A stretch of DNA of 64,000 bases from Ylistrum balloti (lineage: Eukaryota). The DNA lies in NCBI RefSeq assembly GCF_031769215.1, contig NW_026782282.1, forward strand, positions 1,736,001-1,800,000. The letters run 5' to 3'. A model generated the notes under the pieces. It saw nothing but the letters and a program-made list of their open reading frames with translations. It searched no databases and was not told the DNA's origin. Positions 1-10,500 of this stretch are shown piece by piece (the stretch's first letter is position 1; every line of letters begins with the position of its first letter). Position numbers and translations under genes: made by a program.

Positions 1-371
1 TTGAGTTAAATTTTTATCTAGTTGCTGGTGGCTGCCTCACTGAACAACATAAGGGAGGTCCACTTTATTCTTACAAGAACAATTTGGGTAAAGTACAATG
101 CTAAAGGACAAAATTGCAACAGTATTTGACAGTCAGTAATGTCAGATTCACGAGAAGCATAAACCTGGGATCTTCACCTGCTAGTCTGATACTCAACCAA
201 CTGACCAATTAATAAACTCAATGAAATGCAGGCTTACATTTTCCAGAAAGAACAAAATAGAACGAATTATCTTTAATTTCATGCTTTCAAAAATGACAAT
301 TATGAAATTCAGAGGTTATAATGCAGAAAAAATGCCCTAATTTATCATTACACTATCAGGTTTATCATTAC

Positions 372-3300
372 CATATTGGCTTGGATAGTGTCCTCTTTAA
401 TTTCGTCTTTTGCCCAGGTGGCTCCATTTTCCTTTGGACCATCAAGTTCCATTGATTCTTTATTTTCTTCAAGATTTCTTTTTTCTTCAGATTCTTCTTC
501 CTCTTTCCTCCTTTTCTCCTCTTCCTCTTCTTTAATTTTCCTTTCTGCCTCTTCTTGCGCTTTTCGTAATGACCTTTCTGCTTGTGTCTTGGCAACTTCA
601 TCTAAAAATTATCCAATTCATAGCAGTTCTATCTTTTAAATTTGTTCTATTAGCAAGTAAAAACAGCAAATGATCAATACTTGAAGCAGGCAATAAAATA
701 TAAGCATATCTTTAAAATGTTATACTTAAAAACTAATTTTTAAATGTGTAAATTTCCATTGCTTTATTTTCAAACTAATCTAACAAAGTAATTTGTGAAT
801 CACCAGTTTTGAAAATGACCAAGATTTTTGATGCACATTTCATTCCTTTCATGACTAAAATATATAACATTACTGGAGGATGGCTTACTTATTTCCAACT
901 CCAAAGCAGATTTCTTGCTGCCCTTGTGTAACATTGTGAGTTCGTGAGTGACAGCCATCTGTTTGAGAATATCTTCTTTGAATTCATAGATGGCGTTGAC
1001 CAGATCTTTCTCCCAGCCTTCAGAGTCCAGTACCTCCAGCAACTCGTCAATCTGACCCTTTGTACTGTAGTACCAAACTTCATTTTCACCCTCCCTGGAA
1101 ATTAAAGCAAGTTCTTTTTCTCAATTCCAGCTTATGATTGAACATACTTTTTATTCATATTTTATATTGCTCCTGTAAAATTTCACATATAATATACATC
1201 TATAGTTGGAGAATATATACATAATACACAAAATACACAAAAATCTATTTACATAACTTTATATTCTTTCCAACTTCGGAAAATGTTTCAGAATTTTTGT
1301 AGAACTGTGTATCTATTTCTTCTTTCATTTTTTTTTCTTTGCATGCTTTTTTTTTTTTTTAACAATCAGAACAATTTTTATATTTACAATTATCAAATAA
1401 CTAGAAAATGAAATCATAAGTTAACCAATACCTACTTAGGCAAATCATGTGGTCATAACCACACACAAATTTTAATGCCTTATTATTTACAATGAAATGA
1501 AATGTAATTCTACATCATTCTAGTTTATTCTTTTTAACAAGTGAAGACTTACACAATGATTCTCCGCACTAAAAACCAATACTTTCTTCCATGTCTGTCA
1601 AACCCAATAGGTTCCTGTCTGCATAAAAGACCACTTTTTTCTGCCTCAGATACACAATCTGTAACACCTTTAATCTACAAAAAAAAAAAAAAATTAACTC
1701 ATATTTAAAAGTCACGATAAATTTAATTTGCAAAGATCTACTATAAAATCATAGAATTTTGTAAGAGATTTATTATCATTGATTTAAAATTGATATGTCA
1801 CCAATCTATTCAAATAAGTAACAAAAAGTATAGGATTTTACAGTCTATTGATTCCTATGCAGGTTTCAGACCTGAACAGTCCTGAGCTGTTTTCCAATGT
1901 AAGCTTAATGTGATTAGATCATTCTAACAGATGAGTGTCTGATATCAAGACTGGGCACTCACTTCTTCTTGACTGAAACCATGACTTTTTCTTACAACTT
2001 TTGGTGTCACTTTTCAAATTGACAATGTATAACAGGGATGAAATGAGTAGTTTTGGATGCATAAATATATATACCTCATTGGTCAATGAATTTAAGCTAG
2101 TTGATTTTTCATAGTTCATCACGAACTCAAAAGTTATTTACACCAAATTATGTCAGAATTCTATGTTTTCGTCAGAGGTGTGCTCTAGCTCCAGCCAGCA
2201 CACCAGACCTCTGTTCTTTAAAATGACTGATATCGGACCCAGACATGTGCAGGACTAGTAATTCCACCAGCAGTAAACTTGATGCCCAATAATTTCAGAT
2301 TTCATGTAATCACGAAACAATGAAACTATTAAATTTTCATTGATTTCCCACTGGATTAGAATATTTATAAAAAAATTTGCTTGTCAGCATCTACTTTAAT
2401 TAAATTAAAAACATCTGACTTTGTCCTCAAAATCAAGAAAAATGTTGCAATTGATTTTGAAAGTGATGATCTCCATTGACGCACCTTGTGAGCTCGGCAA
2501 ACTCCACAGACCCAATCTTCCTCCGGTACCTCTTCCATGGGAGGTTCCACACATGTTAGGTGATACACAGCAGAGCAGGTTTCACAACACAGCAAATCTC
2601 CGAGTCTGCTTAAGAAATGAATGCTCAGTTAAAAAATCAAGATATCAATGCTACCCCAAAACAAAAGTTGATAAAATTCCTTAAAATACCTTATGTACTG
2701 TTAAATGAACATTGATAAAAATATAAACTGTTATTCTATGGTAAGCAAATATTTCCACTTTTCCATATATCTAACCTTTACTTTAAATCTGTTATATGCA
2801 TAAAAGTTTTCAGAAAGAAACTTACTTATGGCAGTTTCTGCAGTGATCATCATATTGGATATTTCCTTCATTCATAATTTCTTCTCTCACATTGTTTGTA
2901 ACCAAAAACAGGTCAGTAAGAGTCTTCAAAACTTTAAGTCTTTCTTCAACAGGCACAAAGGGGAAGTCTGGATGTTCTAATGATTCTATTGCCACCTTAT
3001 ACTCTGGATATCTGTCAGACTCTGTGTCAAGTAGTGCTCGGATGGATTCTGGCCAAGTAAAAGCATCAACGAAGAACAATGATATATTGATGCTGTCCTT
3101 CATATCCGAGGGACCAAATGCTGTATTATTACCATCTTCTTCACGCCATAACGCTTTATATAATGTTATATGAATTTCTGTCAGCAGCGAGGAAATTTCA
3201 TCACTCATTATTGCTGCACAAAAGTCCTCAAAGCTAAATGGGGATAATCTGAGAATGGTACGGAAATGTCGCAGCACTTCATAGATGCTTAAACTTTGCA

Positions 3301-3829
3301 TAAGGTTTTCAATGGGTATCAACAAATCTGTTGAACTAGGAGGCATAGTTAATGGTGTAATATCTTTGTCGTCCGGTAGCTCTGGTGTTTTAGGTCTTCT
3401 TCCAAAAAACAATTTTCTCCTGCCAGCAGAGCTACCTATAGTACTGAAGCTATCATCACTATAATCAGAGTCAGATTCTTCATAGCTAGCATCTGAAACC
3501 GGATCGTTTTCATCCAGATCATCTATAACGTCACTTGCTTTATCCTCTGGATCAAGACTAGATCGCGATTGATCATCGTCTTCAAATATCATGTTTTGAA
3601 TGAAATGTCTACCTCTTTGTGCAGCCTCACGGGACCTGCCCCTCCCCTGTCCCCGTATCGGGGTTCCAGGCGTACTGACTGGGGTACTCGACCGAGAACT
3701 TGGATCACTTGATGGAGTTCCATGGTTTTGATAGGCTTTGGGCTTTCTCAAAAAATTACTCCTGGGCCTTACGGATGACAAAGGCGTCTTTGGCGGTCGC
3801 CCTCTTCCGCGTCTTCCTCTAGTGGACAT
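372..3829 (-). CDS. BPTF: BPTF / NURF301 nucleosome-remodelling factor subunit, 5' part (exons 3829-2826, 2605-2485, 1674-1553, 1094-889, 601-372; continues beyond window start)
   Basis: N-terminal AT-hook-like RGRRGRGRPPK, DDT domain (LSIYEVLRHFRTILRLSPFSFEDFCAAI), PHD finger split over exons 1-2 (DDHCRNCHKLGDLLCCETCSAVYHLTCVEPP...WVCGVC) and WHIM-type motif (EPIGFDRHGRKYWFL). All junctions are GT-AG and phase-consistent. An alternative in-frame ATG lies at 3838. Confidence 0.95.
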
Positions 3830-4538
3830 AATGCACACTTTAAAATACTTCCAGGTGCTCTAATGTTCCCTGCTACTTGAAAAAGGCGGCCCTTGTGCAC
3901 ATCGGCAGCCCTCTATATCGGATTTAGTGTCCATGTTTCAACTTTCGGAAGCCGCCATTTTTCTCCAAATTTGATCACGTGATCAACGCAATCGTAATAT
4001 ACAATGGAAGTCCTACCGTTAAGTGCGGCTACCTCGGATTTTCGTACATCAGATTTACGATATTTACCTTCACTTTGATAATTTTGATCGCGTTAAGTTT
4101 TTCATGTGGTGAAAAAGGATCTTAAGGAGATTCAAATCGAATAATGTTATTGTTTCTTTCTGATCCGTCTTTCTCGCACCCGATATAAGAGAGAAACTCG
4201 CATTGGATGGTTCATTTTAGACAGTATTGAATTATACTATTAAATTCTGCCCTCTGGCGTCGTGATTATGTACTTTTCAGTTTTATTTGTATATTTTGAA
4301 GATACTTAAACAGTCAAAGTGATAGTAGACCCATGTGACACAGTTTTAGGAAGAAATGAAAGTTGTTGTTGCAACTTTTATTAGCCAATCATATTTGACT
4401 TTACATACGTATTGCGTTATTGTCTCATTTGAAACACCTCGAGACTTATCGATTTCATTTATGTTCAAAAGTTAGACACAAGGAGTTCGGTAAAACTAGA
4501 TATTCACGAACGTCAGAAGCCGGTCCACATGTGGCAAA
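3830..4538. promoter_or_regulatory. Bidirectional promoter region between BPTF and AIMP2
   Basis: Divergent start codons are about 710 bp apart and the interval is CpG-enriched. A YY1-type GCCGCCATTTT lies at 3951-3961 and a CTCF-like CTGCCCTCTGGCGT at 4247-4260. Confidence 0.65.
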
Positions 4539-7500
4539 ATGTCGCAAGTAATGTATAAGGTTCAGCCGTATTACGACTCGAATGTAACCTTAGATTTACC
4601 AGATAATATGTACAAATTGCCAAATATGCAGACAGATACAGACAACTGCGAAAAGGTATGTATTTAATGGTGAAATTAGTTCAATCATGACCTACTAGTA
4701 ACAATTCAGTATACGATACGACAATTTACGATTTCCAGGCAGGCAACGGGTCTAATTACTTGGTGGTTTTTAAATCCGCATACATAAGTACACGCGATTG
4801 TTAATATCAAATACTCCAATCAGATGTGATTTATTATCTTTATGTTTTGTATACTGTGTGGTTTTCTATGAAGCGTGAAGTAATGGAAATGACACCACTT
4901 TCGTTTTCTCTGCTTAAAGTGTGCCGAATGTTTTGCCATATTTAGCTCTAAAATACTTATTATAAAATAAAAGGCCAAGGAAGTGCAAACATCGTGCTTA
5001 ATTTCGTTTCCTAGTGATTTTGATTTATGTGAAATGCACACATTTGACATAGCGGCGACCACCTCAATATATGGATTGTCTACATCTGACGTCACAAGTT
5101 CAACGCTGTCAAAACAGCACTATAGAAATATACCAGGTAGCTGCCATTGTGCGTTTGATATGCGAGCTGTTTAGATAGTAATGTGGTATATTTTGTTGCT
5201 ACTTCTGTAAATTATGTTTAGAGTGCTACAAACTTTTTACAATTTTAATCATGAGTAGGCAAACACTGTACTGTATCAAGTGTCTAAACACACATGAAGA
5301 TGCTATTTAAATCAATTAGACTGAATTGATAAATCATAATTAGATTAGGTAGACTAAAGCAATGGACAGAGATTATTTCATTAAAAAACTAAGATGCATA
5401 ATCATAACTTGTAAATTGCATGTATATGGAGAGAAAACAGAACCTCATGATTCACTTATGTTCACAAAAAAAACTATTATTACAGAACTATTTTATCAAA
5501 GTTTATGATATAAATTAGCATCTCATACATAAGTATTGTAAATAAGATCAAATATTTTAATTATCGACCTAACATAAGGAGTGCACAATGATGTCAATTT
5601 GTCCTTATAATATGTATTTAATATGTAGTCTTAGTATGAATCAGCAGACGTCAATATTGAAGTTATTTTGTAAATATTTTTCTCTGATACATTTCTCTAT
5701 TTTTGAACCTTAGCGCTACCACAGTATATAACTTTGAAATACAGAAATTCTGCCATGAAATAGAGCATATTCCTTATCAGTGCTCAAAAACTATACAATG
5801 CTACCAGGCTGTATTTCCACTCAAACCCACTAGTATATAAAGCTTTGTGTACTTGTGCTTATCCTTTTGAAAATGTCTTTCACTTCTCTTTATGGTGTCA
5901 TCTTGATACCAATTAAAGGAATATATTGATCTAAAATTTTACTACTTTGAATGTTTTGTTCAATTTGGATAATATTTTGTTCGAAAATTCTCTTTTAGTT
6001 TCAAATATCTTCAGACATGTGCAGGCTTTCATTAAGTTTGGTAAAATTTTGATTTTAATAGTAATAATTATTGTAGATATATGCATGTTTCCATGACAGT
6101 AATTGTTTTCCATGTGTAAACATATTGGGAGAAGGCATAAAGTTTAATAACTTGTACCTCAGTGCTCCAGATAACTTTTTGACATGTGGGGTTTTCACTC
6201 CTACCTTTATAAATTGAGGGGTTTTTTCACCCCTGCCTTCAACAAGTGTATGGGTTTTTCCATATTAGGGTAACACTGAATTTGTAAACATTTTTGACAG
6301 CGCCATATTTGCTATGCGACTGGTTTATAATCACGATCAAGAAAGCGCTTGTTACGAGTTTCGTTTACTTGATAAGTGTCTGTTTGACTTAGATTATTGA
6401 GTTTTCTAACTACGTAATATTGGAGCCGGACATTGACGCAGAGTCCGGATTTCGCACGGGTTAATGACGCAAATCTTATTTTTTTCCTAGCGTGAAATTA
6501 GAAATATTGTGCGTGAAAACGCATTCACGCAGGCTATCTGGAGCACTGTGTACCTCATCTTAAATTTGTCTATACTTTGTTTCAAAATACTTTTTCTTCT
6601 GCAATGCTTGAATGAATTTTAACCAAAGTTGGTCTTATACATCATTGTGAATGGGGAATCATTGTTTAAATTCAGAATTTTAATTCATCCCTTAGGGATC
6701 TGGGGTCAGGGCCCCAAATGTGGAAGTAAGACAATGTTTTGTTTCAACTCCAACTTAATTCCTCGGTCATTTTCAACCAAATTTGGCCTGAAACATTTTT
6801 AGGAAGTGGCAGTGATATCAAATGTGCATGGAGTGATTCTGAGGTTGTCCTGACCAAATCTTATTTTTAACTCTTTGGTCCAAAATCCAACATAACTCAT
6901 CTTAAACAAATAGTCTGAACTTCTTTGCAAGTGTCATTCACACCATCGACAAAAATGTTTGGAGTTTGATTTGTTCAGAAAAAGACAGAGTTGATATGCT
7001 GTTATTTTTCAGACTGATTATTTTTCAATAGTAGCAATCTTGTAACATGATTATGCAACTGTTTTTCATTTATTATTATGTTATTTATGAGTTTCTGATA
7101 CTTTCAAGTGATGTTGAAAATTTGAATTTATCAGATTTGTCAGACCACCATCAGCAAAACTCTGTGGTTTGTCCGTCCTTTGTCAAATGTCAGATGTCCA
7201 TTAAGGGCCATGGCCCTCTGGTTTAATATCCTAATCCTGTAGGAATAGATTTTCCCCAAATTTGATCAGAAGCATTCTTGGTTGAAGGGGAATCAATTAC
7301 GTATAAATGGCGGGTCTCTGCTCCTTTGGTGAGAGGGGCAGGGCCCAGAAGGGGTAAAATTTTCAAATTCCTACTCCTTTTGTAGGAACGAATAGATGTT
7401 GCCCAAATTTGGTCTGATGCATCAGTGAGTGAAGAAACCAATCTTGTCTAAGCATCAGGTCTCAGCCCCCTGGGGCAAGAGAGTCAGGCCTGAGAGGAGA

Positions 7501-10500
7501 CAAAGAGAAAATTGTTTAAAATCCTTCCCTTCCTGTAGGAAGAAATGGATGTTGCTCAAATTTGGTCTGAAGCATTCTTGTGTGAAGAGGAATCAATTTT
7601 GTATAAACGGTGGATCTCAGCCCATTGGGGCCAGAGAGATGGGGCCCAAAAGTGGTAATAGAGCAAATCAAAAATTTGGTCAAAGAATTCTTAAGTGAAA
7701 GGGAATTATTTTCTTATAAATGGTTGGTCTTGGTAGAGCCCAATAGGGAAGATAGTGTAATTTTTTTAAAAAATTATGATTGGATTTTGTCAAAATTTGA
7801 TGCAAAGGGGTGAAGGGGAATCAATGTTGTATAAACGGTGAGTCTCGGCCACCCATTATATGGAAATAATTCTTAAAAATCCTTCTTGGTTAGTAAGAAT
7901 GGCATGATTCTGTCACTATTTGATCTGAAGTATGTCTGGCTTTGCTGACCTAGTTAGCATCAGAGGAGTGAACTCAATGGAAATATAGATATACTGAACA
8001 AAATAAGTTAAGGATCATAAACTTGAAACAGTGCAGTTTTACATACAAATAATAATATGATTATATTTTAAATTTTAATGACAGAACATTCATTTTAGTC
8101 TTTAATTACACAAAACAAATTCATTTGTGGTAATTGCTACCAAGAGCAGATAACCCTGAGTAACAGCACCCTTGAAATCAAAGTGTAAGAGGAAGTAGAG
8201 CAAGTTAATCATGTAGACAAGGAAAACTCATCAAACTGCAATTGGCAGTTTAATAGGCAGTATGACCTCCGTTGACATCAATAACTGCCCTGCAACGTCT
8301 GCACATGCTCCTTATTAGTCGTCGGTGGCTGATCTGTGGGATGCGCTGCCATTCCTCTTGCAGAGCAATCATAAGCTGTTGGCGGTTCTGTGGCGGATTA
8401 GGTCGAGCTGAAACCCGGCGTTGCAAGGTGTCCCAAGCATGCTCGATAGGGTTCAGATCAGGAGAACGACTTGGCCAGTCCATGCGAACGATTGCTTCAC
8501 GTTGAAGATAGTCGTTGACCACACGAGCACGGTGAGGACGAGCATTATCATCCATCAGAATAAAATCATGGCCAACAACTCCTGCAATGGGCCTTACTAT
8601 AGGGTGTAGAATCTCGTCCCTGTATCGAACAGCTGTTAAAGATCCATTGTCTATGATGTAGAGGTCTGTATGGAAGTCAACACTGATCCCTGCCCAAACC
8701 ATCACTGACCCACCACCAAAGCGATCATGCTGGACAACACAGCAGTCTGCATAGCGCTCTCCTTGGGTTCTCCATACCCTCCTCCTACCGTCATGGAAGT
8801 CAACACAAAACCTAGACTCATCTGTGAACATAACACTTCTCCAATGACGTAATTGCCAATTCAAATGATGAGTGGCCCATTGATGTCTGGATTGTCGATG
8901 ACCTCTGGATAAAATTGGTCGGACTGCTGGTCTTCTAGCTCGTAAATTAGAGGCATGGAGTCTGTTTCTGATTGTCTGGGATGAAATCCTTAGATTTGTA
9001 GCACGCTGAAACTGAAGATTCAAGACAGGAGCACTCAAAAACCGCTGACGTCGTGCCGTGATGCAAATGAATCTGTCCTGTCGGGCTGTCGTACAGCGTG
9101 GTCGTCCAGATCTGGGGCGTTGACGGACGTTATTTGTCTGTTGATAGCGATTCCATAGCCTACTAATCACGCTCTGAGAAACATGAAGCTTTGCCGCCAC
9201 ATTTCGTTGAGTTTGACCAGCTTGAAGGAGCCCTATAGCTCGCGCGGCTTCCATATCATTTAAGTGTCTTCGCATGATTAGTTTTTCAAGTTTTCGTTAC
9301 AAATTCATTAAATGTTTCCAAATTCAACTTTTTTTAGCTTAGAAGTAACAGAATCAAAACCTGCAAGATTCCTCTGTAGTAATAGACCAGTCTGTTTTTC
9401 ACACCACCATAGTTAACTAGAGCGGAACGGCAAGACCTTCAGATGCACGTGCTTTCACCTTTGACATGACTTTAGGTACATATTGGAGAAACTACGAGTG
9501 CAATTACCGGCAATACATGATTTGAATTTTTAAAGATATTATGGTCACAATTTATGATCCTTAACTTATTTTGTCCAGTATATGTTGTGTGTCTTGTGCT
9601 TGTATATTTTAAAGTCCTTTTCCTTTACTTTAGATGAAGTGATTTCAGCCAAGCAAAGCCGGTTGATCAATACATGCCCTATGGGCCATTAGTTTATATA
9701 TTGCTGAAATGAAAAGTATATTTTTGTGCTGAAAAAAAAAAAACAATAATTATTCTCTCACATTTTGAAGGAGCGCTTGTCATTTATTGTTTCTATAAAC
9801 AAAATTTACAGTCTCAGAATAGACTTTTGCCTGATTCCTTGTATACTTCAGTTGCTAGGTAATTAAAGTATGTTTGGTAAGGCTTTTTCTACTCTCAGTT
9901 TCAATATAATTCAAAGAAATTATTTCAGGGGAAAGGGAGTTAATAGGTGTTGCTGGATGAGAAGAAGTAGTAAGTCAGCCAAGATGGGAACTTTAAGTTT
10001 TCTTTTTGTCCAAGTCATACTAAAGTGCTATATTAATTGGTTATACCAGCATTAATGATACACATTGAATTTTCTTGAGAAACTGCTTGCAAATGCTGAA
10101 TTTGTACTTAATTACATTAAGATTTGCTATTCTGATGATTTAGGATCAAATAGTCGACAATCAATCAAAGTTACGCTGATTACAAGGATTGTGGACAGAA
10201 ATTGTTTGTTAAATCACATGTGAGGGTTTTTAAACACTCCATGGCAGCTCCATGCAAAACTTAATACTCACAGTTTTTGAGTTTGTCGATTTGATAAATA
10301 CTTGAACCTTCGTAATTGCCACTTCCAACAAATGAATACTTTGCAAGAACTTTTATATTCCATATATTTGCAGAATTGGATTATCTGATTGAACAATTAT
10401 AGATGAGTTATGTAAATATAAAAGGTCATCAGAAGGTCAACTTACACAACATAGTCCAGAAAATGAAATGAGAGAACTGATTTTGATTACCAGTAGATTG

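Larger units (their letters stand above)
7235..9695 (+). mobile_element. HINE-like element (family A, about 150-160-bp internal tandem repeats) interrupted by the Tc1 insertion
   Basis: About 4-5 degenerate CCAAATTTGGTCTGAAGCATTC...GGGGAATCAATTTTGTATAAA units at 7250-7930. The family 3' end ATACATGCCCTATGGGCCATTAGTTT lies at about 9668-9695, beyond the Tc1. Confidence 0.6.

Noticed and set aside
7223-7813. Short ORFs within the 150-160-bp repeat arrays (also at 15948, 26329-27211, 36048-36918, 59375)
   Set aside because: They fall inside non-autonomous repeat elements and are chance open frames.
8272-8609. Plus-strand ORFs overlapping the transposase
   Set aside because: Antisense shadows of the Tc1 ORF with no recognisable motifs.
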